From contig CP086569.2 of assembly GCA_009914755.4 (NCBI GenBank), positions 4,864,001 through 4,928,000 of the forward strand: a stretch of DNA of 64,000 nucleotides. The letters are read 5' to 3'. Positions 15,128 through 28,269 of the stretch are shown here, piece after piece. The notes beneath the pieces are model-generated. The model saw only the letters and a program-made list of their open reading frames with translations. It searched no databases and was not told where the DNA came from. This DNA comes from the human T2T-CHM13v2.0 reference genome, Homo sapiens. Position 1 is the first letter of the stretch. The number at the start of each line of letters is the position of its first letter. A program made the translations under genes and the position numbers.

Positions 15128-16125
15128 TTTTACTTGAGTTTTAATAGGATCGCTCTGGCTGCTATTGAGGATAGTACATATGGGGTAATGATGCAAGCAG
15201 AGACCTACTGTAGTACTCTTCAGGAGAGAATGGTGGCTTGCACAAGGATGGAAGCAATGAAGGTGGTGAAAAGTGGTCAGTTTCTATATTTATTAGGAAA
15301 CACCTAGGATGATACCTTAATAGACCAAAATGTGAAATGTAAGAAAAATAGAGATGTCAAGATGACACAAAGATTTTTGGCTTTGACAACTGAAAGAATA
15401 GTTACTATCAACTGTGATTGGTAAGAATGCACATGGATCAGGAGTTCAGTTTTGGACGTCTTAATCTTAAGATGTCAATTAGATATCTATGTAGAGATGC
15501 TGAATGGGCAGTTGGATATAGGAAATTGGAGTTTGGGAGAGTGGTCCTGGCTGGAGATATAAACTTGGTAGTTGACAGCATATGGTTGTTATTTAAAGAC
15601 ATGAGACCGGTTATCACCAAAGAAATGAGTGTGTAGATACAAAAGGGAAGAAACCTTAGAGACCTCCAGCTTTTGGAGATCTAGGAGAAGGGAAGAAACT
15701 AGTCAAGGGGACTCAGGAATGGCTGTAAAAGTAAGAGGAAAACCTGAATGTGTGGTATCCAGGGAGCCAGGTGAAGAAAGCTAGCAAGCAGGGGGAAAGG
15801 ATCAACTGGGTTAAATGCTGTTGATAGCATCAAGTAAGATGAAGAAATTGATCATTGATAAGGTAGTTTACTGACTTGTGAGAACAACATCAATATCCAA
15901 ATGAAAGAAGACACTTAAATGCTATCAATAATAGACAGCTTAAGACTGGGAGTCACAATCTTATGGCCCACTGCCCACATGTAGACAGAGATGGGCTTTG
16001 AGAGGCAGTCTTTAGGAAAAAAAAATTGATTGTGAAGGCTATTGGGAGATATGTACTCTCTTATTAGCCATAGACCCATCATGTCATATTATTTTATATT
16101 TGAGGGTCTTTACATATTTATTATT

Positions 16126-16292
16126 TTCTTTTCGTTGTTGTTTTTGAGACTGGGTCCCACTCTGTCGCCCAGGCTGTAGTGCAGTGGTGCGATCAGGGCT
16201 AACTGTAGCCTCAACCTCCCAGGCTCAAGTAATCCTCCCACCTCACCCTTCTGAGTAGCTGGGACTACAGGCATGCGCCACCACACCTGGCT
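16126..16292 (-). mobile_element. partial Alu (right-arm monomer, about 165 bp; truncated Alu or FRAM-like)
   Basis: The sequence reads ttgttgtttttgagactgggtcccactctgtcgcccaggctgtagtgcagtggtgcgatcagggctaactgtagcctcaacctcccaggctcaag..ctgggactacaggcatgcgccaccacacctggctc. Confidence 0.7.
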
Positions 16293-18199
16293 CATATTTA
16301 TGATTTTTGCTAGGCTCCTGAAACAGCATGGCTGCCTTGAATTTGTGACCCCTGGTTATTAAGTGTGTTTTTGCTTTGGCACAGGAAAAAAATAAAATAG
16401 ATGTAATTTTGATAGCACAGTTATTTTCATTATTATGTAGATGTATAAGAGACTTGGATTTCCAGCTCAGGATAATTGAATTTTTCATCCAAATTGATGT
16501 TCCTCTTCAAGGCCAGACATACTTTCTTTCTTCTATAAGGGTATTGAATGATAGACTTTTTGTTAGAACTCTTGGTTTGCTATTTGGCCTTTCCTAATCT
16601 CTCTTCAAAAAAGAGAGATCTGAACACAGAGGTTAAATGTCTTGCACAGCAAATGGCTAGCTGTGATATGACCAAGACTCTTAACTTCTCACTCAGCCCT
16701 GAAGATTATATTGGTCTTCTGATGTGAAGTTTACTGTTCTTTCTTTTATGCTATCTAGCCACTTGTTCAGTTAGCTTATTCATTAATCACCGATACATAT
16801 GAGACATTCTATATTTATGCCAGTAATACATGTAAATTGCAGCCATTTTTAAAACCAGGAAATGCACTTAAATTGTGTGTTTAAATTTATCAGAATCACA
16901 TATGGTGCTTTTTACCACTTATAGTAGTTTTTAAGATTATATTTATCCATATTACCTCCGTAATTATTTGTGATCAGGTTAGCTTAAGTGAAGAAAAGCC
17001 ATATTAATGCTCCACTTTGGTTTTGAGATAACTACTGGTATTCAATCCATTATTCTTATCCATTAGAATTCCTCTTTTGTCCAGAAATTGTTCAACCCTT
17101 AGAATCAAGTATCTGTACTTCCTCATTTATGTTTCCCTCACTCCAAGTCTAAGTAGACACCATGTCTGCATCCTTTCCTGCCACACTACGGTTGTAGGAA
17201 ATATATCTATTTAGATATAAGTTGCAAGAGTAAGAAGGTTAATTGTATAAAATTATCATAGAGTTGTAATTGAAAATCTCTTTTAACAAATAAAAAGAAA
17301 ATCACTTCTAATTATATAGTCTGTTGGCCTCTTGTCATTGCTGTAGCATGGTTGTTTATTTTGTGTTTTTGCCCAGGTGCTTAATTCAGCCACTGTCAGT
17401 CTTACAAAAATAGATAACTGTACAAATAAAACAGCTTCTGACTAAGACTAGCTAATTTTCTTTATTGCTAGACCCAAATTATTTTCAATATGTTAAAGAA
17501 AGAAATACCCCAAACCACATTGACTTATAACTGTATCTATGCAGGATTTTGTTTCAATGGCAGTGTAGAAGGGGCAAAGACTTCTCTCTTGCTTTCTCCT
17601 TAGCTATGAGTGAACTGAGTCAATGAGCACATGTTAAGCATTTGTAGTGAATATCCTGATTTCCTAGTGATTCAGAAGTAGCAGGAACAGTCAGTCTCAC
17701 TCATCACTCAAAGAGACCTTGAATTCATCTTCTCTTTTTTCTCATTTCTCCATGCCATAATTTACAATGTCATCACCCTTTCTCCTACATATGATCTAAA
17801 AAACTGGCATCTCAACCTAATTCCATCCTAAATCATACATGGCCAGCATAGTTTGTTTCCTTTATTAAACATTTGAATGTAATACCTGGGGGCAGGGTGA
17901 GTGTGCTGGGTTCTGCTTTAAATTTGCATGATTTCTGAGGCCTTCAAAAGCATTTGGATTTTTAAACCTTCCTTAGACAGTTGTAATCCAGGCTCCTAAT
18001 TGTTTTCTCCTTCAAGTTGTAAATTGTCCCTGTCCAAATAACCCTCCACCCTTTCCCCAGATTCAGCAATCTAAGAAAACAGTTCTGATCGTATAACCCT
18101 CCTTTGTAAATCTTATTCACTTCTCTATTGCATGAGGGGTAAGATCCAAACTCTAACATGGCAGATGAGAAGTTTCATCACTCTGTTCCAGTCTGCTTT

Positions 18200-18665
18200 T
18201 CCCAGTCCGTTCTTTTCCACTTTTTGTTAACATCCTGCCTCCACAACATACACCAAGAGCTGCAGCAGAGCAAGTTATACCTAGTCCCGTTAGCCTGAGT
18301 GGTCTTTCGGGTCCCTTTCTTATGACTGTGCTTTTCTCTGCCTATACTCACTTTGACTTTCTCCCTTACCTGGAAAATGCTTATTCTTCTACTAAGCCCC
18401 AACTCATGTAATAATTCCTATGTGAAGAGTTTCCTGAGTCTCCGGGGAGGTTGATTGTTTTTCTGGGCTACCAATCACACTTCGCACATCTCTTCATTGT
18501 AACACTTACCATAATGTGTTTCAAGATTTATGTGTCCCTGCCTCACTTTGCTGTACAGGAAGCTCTGTGATAAGCATGGTTAGATCAAATTCATTTTTGT
18601 ATTAACAACACCCAGTAGTGTCTGGCACATAATAGGTGCACAAGGGATGTTTCTTGAATAGGTGA
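18200..18665 (+). mobile_element. ancient L2/MIR-type 3' end relic
   Basis: The segment ..ctgcctatactcactttgactttctcccttacctggaaaatgcttattc.. ends in ..agtagtgtctggcacataataggtgcacaagggatgtttcttgaataggtgaa. It resembles the shared L2/MIR 3' terminus (..cagtgcctggcacatagtaggtgctcaataaatgtttgttgaatgaatgaa). Confidence 0.4.
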
Positions 18666-19554
18666 AAGAGGAATCTCCCTATTTCTCCCTACTTATATTC
18701 TGTGGGCAGCTGCTATCCCCTTGCTGTCTGTCTGATCCTCAATCTCTTCCTCTTGTCCACTCAAACTTCCTCATGGTATTTTGCTTATTCATCTTACATC
18801 TTTACCCTCTGGTTTTTGAGATGGTGATAAAGACAGGGGTCAGGGCTCAGGGCTCTGTGATTAATACTTCTAGACATCGCAGTTTGGTTTGGTGCCACCA
18901 TCAATGACAGCAGCTGCTATCATTTTTCTCAGTTTCCAGGATTCTTCCAATATTTCAGGGCATAGCCTAATTCTAGACCTATCTCTGATGATTTGAGGTA
19001 TATGATATGTGTAATTCAATACTTCATATCTGCATTTATTATTGTATATGAGCCTTCCACAAGGGCATTTTTGTCTGTTTAAAATGTAATAATAAATCAA
19101 ATATGTTGAATTTTCTGTATATCTGAATGCATTGTAAAACTATTTTAATGGTGTTCGAGATAAAATTCAGACTGAACATATCATATACTAATGACATCAT
19201 GTTAATATGCTTGTAACAAACATGAACAGGGTATCAGTTGTGAATAGATAACCATAATAAAATTCAGTAGGTTTGTTCTTGAGAGTGAGGTGTCACAAAT
19301 TCTGTTTGGCAAGATATGGACTATGAAACTGGCAAAATTAGCCTTCTGGGGTTTAAATTAACCTATAACAATTTCATTGCTTAAGAATATTAAGGCAACT
19401 TAATACTTTTGTTAAAGTGTAAATGCAAGACAAGAAAGAGTAACGGCAGGCTGTTTTACTTTTTATATTGTCTTCTTTAATGTATTTCCGCTTTTCCTGC
19501 CTGCCAATGCCATTCATATTATATTCTTTTTACCGTGAAAATGGAGCATATAAT

Positions 19555-19690
19555 TTTATAGATAAGGAAACAAAAGCTCAGAGAATAAAAATGGCTTGCT
19601 CAAAGAGACACAACTAGTTAGTAACAGGGCTGGGACTAAAATTCAGATCCCTTCACTCCCACACTAAGGACCTTAACATTATTATATGCT
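19555..19690 (+). mobile_element. MIR fragment
   Basis: The sequence agataaggaaacaaaagctcagagaataaaaatggcttgctcaaagagacacaactagttagtaacagggctgggactaaaattcagatccc matches the MIR core (agatgaggaaactgaggctcagagaggttaagtgacttgcccaaggtcacacagctagtaagtggcagagctgggattcgaacccaggtc). Confidence 0.5.
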
Positions 19691-20537
19691 GTTCCCCTTC
19701 ATTTGACTTGTTTTTCTAATGTTCAGAGTGTGTGCTGTTTTATTTACTGCAAAGAGATGCTCTGTTTCTCCATAAAGTGATTACAAATCCGTGGAGCTAC
19801 AGTCATCATAGATGTTCCTACAAATAATTTAAAAGCAAAATATTGAAGTATGCCTTATCTTCACTGCCAATGAAATTATGACCAAATGGTAATTACTGAA
19901 TAACAAAACAGTCATATAGCAACCAATCCAATTGTTTAATGCTATATCTAAAGGCAAACATTTTAAAAAGCAGTGAGTTAATACAATTTTCAAAAATTTG
20001 ACTCATCAAGCTGTCTCAACAGTCAACAGTTTGAGGATTGCATCAAAAAATGGGCAGGCACTGATGAGATTACCAAATGATATCTTATCTTTAAATGCCC
20101 TAGTTTAAAATTAGCAAGAATACGTTTGGTGTCTAATTTCTGAGAAGTAAAAACAGCTTTGGCTGTTTACCCTAAGTTTAGGACAAAACTCAATTGAATG
20201 AAAGCAAGAAGTGGAGTAGAAATTTTAGCATTTTAAAAGCTGACAGCTCTAACCTGAACCAGAGTATTTATGTTATTAAAATAGTCTTGGAATCCTAGGT
20301 CAGGCAATTCCATCTTTCTGAACTGCCCTCTATACACTTCTCCACCAGCAATACTCAGCACTTCTTTCAAAGCAAAGGCTCTCAAGCTGACCCAAAGCAG
20401 GAATGTTTCCTTGACCAATCTATATCACATTTTAATGATTTCTCGACAGTATTCACAGCTCTTTCTAGCTCTGTATCTTTTGATGGATATCTTAGGGAAG
20501 TAATTTCAGCAAGTGACAATTTTAAAAAGCTGGAGGG

Positions 20538-20809
20538 TTTTTTCGTTTTGTTTTAGTTTGGTTTGGTTTTGAGACAGGATCTCGCCCAGGCTGGAGTGCA
20601 GTGGCATGAGCTCAAGCAATCCTCCTGCCTCAGCCTTCTGAGTAGCTGGGACTACAGGCTCACACTGGCTAAATTTTGTTGTTGTTTATAGTAGGGACAA
20701 GGTCTCACTACATTGGCCTTGCTGGTCTCCAACTCCTGAGCTCAACAGATCATCCCGCTGCGCCCTCCCAAAGTTCTGGGATTACAGGCATGAACCACCA
20801 TGCCCAGCC
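20538..20809 (-). mobile_element. Alu SINE with internal deletion
   Basis: A T-rich tail is followed by gagacaggatctcgcccaggctggagtgcagtggcatgagctcaagcaatcctcctgcctcagcc...ggcatgaaccaccatgcccagcc. About 35 bp of the left arm is missing. Confidence 0.8.
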
Positions 20810-21009
20810 CCAAACTGGAGATCTGTATAGAGCATTTTATGTTGCTTTGATGAAAGATATGTAACACATGTCAAATTATAAAACTGTATTACTACTTTTA
20901 TATATTTAAAAAGAAAGAAATGAATAGCAGTTGAATTTAGTTAATTTGTCAATTCAGTAAATATCACTGAGTGTCTACTAGTTTTGAAGTCCTGTGTGAG
21001 GTTGTACAC

Positions 21010-21227
21010 AGTGTATATATTTTATATATATATATATACTGAATATATATATATATATACACTGAATATATATATATATACACTGAATATATATATATAT
21101 ACACTGAATATATATATATACACTGAATATATATATACACTGAATATATTTATATACACTGAATATATTTATGCACTGAATATATATATACATTGAATAT
21201 ATAAATATATATATATATATATATAGT
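21010..21227. repeat. AT-rich minisatellite: about 9 tandem units of 18-24 bp (CACTGAATATATATATATATA, with variable (TA)n), ending in a (TA)12 run
   Basis: The repeats tatatatatatatatactgaatatatatatatatacactgaatatatatatatatacactgaat... are directly visible. The ORF-track 'IYIYI' proteins on both strands arise from this array. Confidence 0.9.
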
Positions 21228-21688
21228 GAGCAAGATTTGTTCTCATTCCTCAAGAAACTCACAGTACAGTGGCAGTCTTACATTTTGTAAATATTTAATA
21301 GCTAACTCGACAGTGCTATGACTGACAGGTTATGTGTGATTTTATCTCACTCCCCATTCAATCATTGAATGAAGAATTGATTAAGGAAAAAATGAAGGAG
21401 AACCAAGTTCCATCACACTGGTTCCTATCTGGGCTATGGTTTCAATTATTCAAGAAAAATTTGGCTTGTCCTTGCCGAAATTGTATATTCAACAAAGATT
21501 TATAGTTGTGGTTTCCTAAGTGCTCTGGAAGTCTACAATGATGCAGTATCTGGTTAAAAAAAATGTGGCTACCTGATAAGTCCCCCACTGCTTGCTGTTG
21601 CAAAAAAATGATTCATTAGAAAAAAAATGATTTGGAATCAGAAATTATAGGTTATTTTCTGGATCTACCACTTAACCTTTTATACCAC

Positions 21689-21882
21689 TGTATTAGTCCA
21701 TTTTCATTGTGCTGATAAAGACATACCTGAGACTGGGCAATTTATAAAAGAAAGAGGTTTATAGGACTTACAGTTCCACATGGCTGGGGAAGCCTCACAA
21801 TCATAGTGGAAGGCAAGGAGGAACAAGTCACACCTTATGTGGATGGCAGCAGGCAAAAAGAGAGCTTGTGCAGGGTAACTCC
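21689..21882 (-). mobile_element. THE1/MST-type MaLR LTR, first half (split by processed-pseudogene insertion; continues at 23715-23883)
   Basis: The sequence tgtattagtccattttcattgtgctgataaagacatacctgagactgggcaatttataaaagaaagaggtttat..acagttccacatggctgggg..cacaatcatagtggaaggcaaggaggaacaagtcacac.. is the reverse complement of the THE1/MST LTR 3' half. Confidence 0.75.
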
Positions 21883-23708
21883 TGTTGTTGTTGTTGTTTT
21901 CTTTTTTTTAGGTTTCAATATTTTATTCAAGTTTAAGTGATGTTAATTACAGCATTTGAAGGGGAGGATCTAATTCCACAGAAAATGGAAGACTCTAAAA
22001 TGTACCCATTAGACTGCTAAAAAACAAATTGAAGGGTGAGAATATAACAGAAGTCCAATTTAGATTCTGAGTGTTGTCACCATGTGATTACAATCACACA
22101 GACGCTTCCAAGCTTATAGCTGGAGTTCCTGGAAGCTATTTCATACTCTAGTGCAAGGGCTAAAAAACACAACACAGGAAGGAATAAGTCCTGAATTATT
22201 GGCTTCATCACATCCACCCTCTCCACCCCAAAATGGCACAAAAGAAAGAGTGACCACACCCTGCAGACCTTTTGGTGTAAAAGAGGTAACGATGAACTGG
22301 GCTGGGAAAAGGTCATGAAGCTCTGTCTAAAAGAGTCCCATTCAGGTGAGTTTGTACACACCATCAAGCAGCAAGCCCCTCATCAGTTAGGGTTAGGAAA
22401 CCAAGGTTCGATTCTCAGGAAATCACAATTTCATTCATTTACTCAATATGAACTTACAAAGCGCCTACATATTATCAGCTTCCACTTGCAGCCATTTCTA
22501 GAGAAAAAAGACACCTGGCATCTCAAAGTGGCTGCCAAGTTCCCCCAAGTCTACCACTGAAAGGGCCTTTTTTGGAAATGAGTTTCTTCTGTACCTCTGA
22601 AAGGGTAACATCTTAAAGCTGAATCATCTTTAACCTGGAGGGGTAACATATTTAGCAATACTTGCGTCCCAGACATACAACATTAAAAGATACACTAAAT
22701 TCTGAAGGTAGCTATGCTGCAAAATAGTTTAAAATTAAACAATTGTACAGTATTCATTTATGCTTGAAATTCCAGTCCTAGACCAAGCTTGTGGCCACCA
22801 GCATTGACGTTCTTGCCATCCAGAAGAGCTGACAGTGTCAGTTTGATACCTGGCTTTAGGGTCTGAGTGTATCCTAAACCTATCAGGCTGGAGTTGTTCA
22901 CTTTAGCCAAGAAGCAGGCTTCAGGGTCAATCAAATACTTGGCTGCTATTTTGAAATGCGTGTTACTGTTTCCTGCTTGTCCAGGTGAGATTGACAGCAG
23001 TCTCCAACTTCTTGTTCACTTTCTGGTAAATGAGGCCGCCAAACTCTGTCCCGTCATTCACATTAGTGTGAAATTGGAATTCATCAGTCTTGCAGCCAAC
23101 TGCAAAGTTGCTCTGGGTCACTCCGGACTTTGCAGTCTCAAAATTCATCTGGTAGCCGGCCAGCCAGCCCTTGTAACCCAGCATCAGAGCAGCCCGGATG
23201 GAAGGCCCAGCAATGTCGAAATCTATGTTGCAGTCCAGGGTAATGTGCTCCTGCTTGTAACCTGTCTTGATTTTAGCATCTTTTTTCCCCCAGTCTTAGG
23301 TAAGAAGGATGAATCGAAGGTCAGCTTCAGTCCACGTGCAAGCTGATCTTCCACAGTAATCTCGGTGCCTAGTGTATTATCCGTGTTCTATTTCTCTGTA
23401 AACGTCAGGCCGTACTCAGTCCATCTGTACTTGGTTTCCAGACTGCCCGTCACTTTGGTGGTCTCAGTGTTGGCTGAGCCTGAGCTTGTAAATTCCAACC
23501 CATTCTCAGATTTTGTTTTCAAATCAAGCATTATTAAGCCAAATCCATAGCCCTTAGTGAAGACATCCCTGGCAGACTTGCCAAGATTGGCATACATGGG
23601 TGGCACAGCCATCTTATGCTTAGAGGTGGTGGCAGTGGGCTAGGAGGTGGCTATGGCCGGGGCTGCTGTGCGGAGGCAGAGAACTAAGTGGAGCCAGCTG
23701 CGGGGCCC
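21883..23708 (-). pseudogene. VDAC1: VDAC1 processed pseudogene: poly(A) tail 21883-21910 (seen as poly-T), about 870-bp 3'UTR, intronless CDS about 22770-23612 with W75->stop and at least two frameshifts, about 95-bp 5'UTR
   Basis: The minus-strand ORFs read [74 protein letters not shown] and ...[70 protein letters not shown]... . These match the human VDAC1 protein colinearly without introns. The C-terminus ...[15 protein letters not shown] is recoverable out of frame at 22770-22815. The A-tail and flanking AACTCC duplication are present. Confidence 0.85.
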
Positions 23709-23714
23709 AACTCC

Positions 23715-23883
23715 CGTTTTTAAAACCATCAGATCTCAGGAGACCCATTCACTGTCCGGAGAACAGTACGGGAAAGACCCACCCCCCTATTCAGTCATCT
23801 CCCATCAGTTCCCTCCCACAACATATGGGAATTATGGGAGCTACAAGATGAGATTTGGGTGGGGACACAGAGCCAAACCATAT
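23715..23883 (-). mobile_element. THE1/MST-type MaLR LTR, second half (continuation of 21689-21882); TSD AACTCC at 21877-21882 and 23709-23714
   Basis: The sequence cgtttttaaaaccatcagatctcaggagacccattcactgtccggagaacagtacgggaaagacccaccccc..cctcccacaacatatgggaattatgggagctacaagatgagatttgggtggggacacagagccaaaccatatca is the reverse complement of the THE1/MST LTR 5' half. Confidence 0.75.
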
Positions 23884-25331
23884 CAACCACCAATAAAGCC
23901 AATTTAATAAAATGAAGAATATATGTGTATGTGAAAAATACTATATGTTATAATCTGTAAACAAAACATATCATAGAAAATTGCTCATATTTATAGAGAT
24001 ATTTATTATATATGTAGACTGTGTTCTTATTGCGTTATTAATATCTAAAGTTACATTCGAAGTCTTTAGTTTAATCTGGAAAATCATCTCAATTTACTAC
24101 TGCATACTTCATATGAAAATTGCTTTTCAGTTTTTTTACTACAAAATATACATCTGGATATCTGTAAGTCAATGATGTTCTTTAACCTTAGGATTATTAT
24201 AGTATTATTTTTAAATCAGGGGAGACTTTAAAATAAAGTGAAATCTGTGTGGCATGACTGTCCTAATTTTTACTCTACCTTATTAAAACCGTTTTAATAG
24301 ATTTTTACTCATTAGAATCATATCACTCCAGAGGTTTTCACTTTTTTAATAAATATTCTGCTAGCTTTTAGTTTCAACACCTATGTATTTATTCATTTTT
24401 ATTAGTTTAATCTCTTTAAGAATATGTGTGAACTTTTGTCATAATGTTCTTTCCTTAGTTTTTTAAACATTATTTGGTACTGTTTCTTTAATCAATTTAA
24501 AGATAGTTCTTTTTATCTACTTAATGATTCTTAAAAGTTCTTGGAGTAACACCAGAGCTATTTGTTGTGGCTGTTGACTCTTTTCTACGGCAAATTTTGA
24601 ACTCTGAGCTAATCTTCAGAGATAATTTATCTGTAGGAATCCTCTTCTGCCTGGATTGAACATTCCTCCTAGACAAGTTTTGAGTTTACCACTGCTAAGG
24701 CAACCCGGGAGTATTACCTTCTGGGGACCACTTTTTACTTTAATATTTTACTTTAGGTATCCGTGGATCATGTGAGTAGTATAAATTCAGACCATAACCT
24801 GTTAAAATGAAAATCTGCATTTATAAGTTCTCAGGAGAGCCCTTCTCCCGCCCCCCATCCAGAGACCAGACTAACATAGGCATAGTTCCTTGGAATCTCA
24901 CTGTTCTGATGGCATTTTTTAAAATCCAACATATGTATGCTTCTTCAAAGTCTTGGCTTTGTTCAAGGGATCTCATTTCCAAATTCCCACTTCAAGTGAA
25001 CCTAAGACCTTAGCCTTGTGCCTTGTGTTCTTTCCTTGCAATTGAATCACAGGCCCCTTGGTTTGAGGAACCATAAGTCCTCCCATAACCTGCACACCCG
25101 CCACCACAACATCATCACTAGGGCAACCTTGATGTCAGGACTTTTTTTGTGCTGTTCCTCTAAGGATTGCTTTCCTTTTCTTATGATCTAAGTAATACAC
25201 ATAAAGGAGTGTTGCTATATTTTCTTCAGCAGTTCTATGGGTTTTGTAGCAGGAGAGTTTTCTGGTTATTTTTCCATATTAACAGAAATGGAAATCTACT
25301 AGGTTTTACATGCTTAAAGTTTAATTTGTCA

Positions 25332-25682
<351 letters not shown>

Positions 25683-26517
25683 CTATTTTTCCCCTGGAGG
25701 CTTTGCATTCTTCAAAGAACATTGCCATATTCCAACTGAAATGGAGATTTTGCTGAGATTTTTGTTTGTTTTTGCTTATATCCGGACTTAACTTTTAAAT
25801 ACAACCTTCTTGTCTTCTTTCCTGTCTTCCAAACTCATGGATTTACCATTTCACAGGGAAAGGGTATGCTTTATAAAACGAGCAGAAATCCACATCTAGC
25901 TTGAAATCTACTTCATAGGAAACTTAAATTAATTCAGAATAAAACTAAGCCAAATGCTAAGTTAAATGCTAGTATGGAAAATTGTCTTTTTAAAATGCAT
26001 CTTTTTTTAAAGAGCTTGAAATGTCTGGTAGAGACGCATAATTCTTTCACGGAAGGGTTTCATGAAGCACAGATGTTTTTCAGCCTCCCACGGGGATATA
26101 TACCACCACAGTGAGGACAACAGATGCCTCTTCCCTCACTTTCCTATCTGGCTTCATTCCTTATGAATCTATTTCTTTTAGTGATTAGCTCAGAGAAGCT
26201 TATTTCAGCACAGTTAACCTCAACCCCTTCTTGAAAGTAGATTTTATGGAATGAGGTAAGGAAGAAATAGAACAACTCATTTAAAAATTCTGGCAGTTTC
26301 AACTGCCAATTTTTGGGGGATACCATTTTCAATTATACCCACTAAAATAGTAAATATCTAAGAATTCAAAGTAGTTTAGAGAAATAAAGTTAATAAAGAT
26401 TTAATTGAATTATAAATGTGCTAACTTTCTATTAAATTATGTATGAATCAACCATTTTAAAATTCATTCTTTATGTATGTCACTGATACTATGTTAGTGT
26501 CAAGATGTAGCAACTGA

Positions 26518-27010
26518 GCCATATTTATGTGTATGTAAGTTTTCTATTGCTGCTGTAACACGGTATCACAAATTAGTGGCTAAGAACAACACAAATCTAT
26601 CATTTTATATTTCTGAAGGTTAAAGGCCCAACAGAACTCAGTGGACTAAAATCATGGTGACAATAGGTTTATTTCCTCTGGATCCTTTAAGGGAGAAGCC
26701 ATTTCCTTGCCTTTTCCACCTTCCTTGGCTCATGTCTCTTCCTCCATCCTCAAAGCGACTCTGCATTTCTCTCACCCTTCTTCACCTCATGTCTCCCTTT
26801 GACTAGATCTGGGAAATGTTGTCCTTTTTTAAGCACTCATGTGATTAGATTGGGCCCACCTGCCTAACCCAGGTCCTTGAGTCTCTCCATCTCAAGGACC
26901 TTAACCTTAATCACATCTGCCAAGGTCACTTTTGCTATGTGAGATAACATAATCACAGGTTCTGGAATTGGAGCTCAGACATCTTTGGGGGCCATCATTC
27001 TGTCTTACTA
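26518..27010 (-). mobile_element. MLT1-family MaLR solo LTR
   Basis: The sequence ttttctattgctgctgtaacac..cacaaattagtggctaagaacaacacaaatctatcattttatatttctgaaggttaaag...gattgggcccacctgcctaacccaggt...atctttgggggccatcattctgtcttactatg is the reverse complement of the MLT1 LTR (TGTGGTAGGCAGAATAATGGCCCCCAAAGAT...TTTGTTACAGCAGCAATAGAAAA). Confidence 0.6.
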
Positions 27011-27128
27011 TGTTGTATGTAATTAAAACCTTGCTCTCAGCTGTCTAAAAGTTTGCCTGAGCAAATGAATTGGCAATGTATTCAATCCAATTCACTCCCT
27101 AATATCATCATGATAAAAAATTAACTGA

Positions 27129-27482
<354 letters not shown>

Positions 27483-28269
27483 AGACATATTTCTTCTTAA
27501 TCAAATAACATTAAATTGGGTTATATTATTAAACTTAATGAGTGTCTACTGCTTACCTTATGTCTGGATGACAATGGACAGGTGCTTATTTATTTTAAAT
27601 CTACTCATTATTTATATAAAAGCTTTATAATTTCTCAGGTTGGTATTTTTTAAAGTTTGTATTTAATTTATATTACAAATGATTCATACTACCCACTATG
27701 AAGATTTTACATTGTATGATGGAAAAATGCTTCATACATAATTTGCCTATAATAAATATTAGGAATTTTATGGAAACATTCATTTTCATTTTGAGAAATA
27801 CAACAAGAGTCATTAGAAAAAAAGAGAAACAAAATGTTTGAAACAAGTATTACCATGAAGTGACTTTTTTTTTTTTTTTGCATTTCACAAAATGCACAAA
27901 ATTTGTGTTAAGGTTCATTTTGAAAGACCCAATGGTCTTTCCAAAATAATGGTCTATTAAAAAACTATTGAAAATTATTTAAAAACTGTAAAAAACTCTC
28001 ACAAAAATAATTTTATCTGGAGAGAAACCATTCTTATTCATCTTTGTATCTCCCATGATATAATGGCACTTTTGTTGTTGTTTTTTTCATTTATGAGCTG
28101 TGAGGATATCAAAGCCAATTCTTTTTAGAAGTTAAAATTTTAAAATTTAAAACCAGAGAAAAATCTTGGAATGGAATATACCTGTATTATAGTATAGAGC
28201 TATGTTCTTTTGATGAGCAATACTATAATACATAGCACTATTATTATAATATTAGATTAATTTTCTGTG

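Noticed and set aside
21010-21227. Tandem array considered as CRISPR or coding repeat ('YIYIYT' ORFs on both strands)
   Set aside because: It is an AT-rich minisatellite with (TA)n cores. The ORFs are low-complexity artefacts.
22867-23346. 159-aa + strand ORF
   Set aside because: It lies antisense to the VDAC1 processed pseudogene, and the frame is open by chance on the opposite strand.
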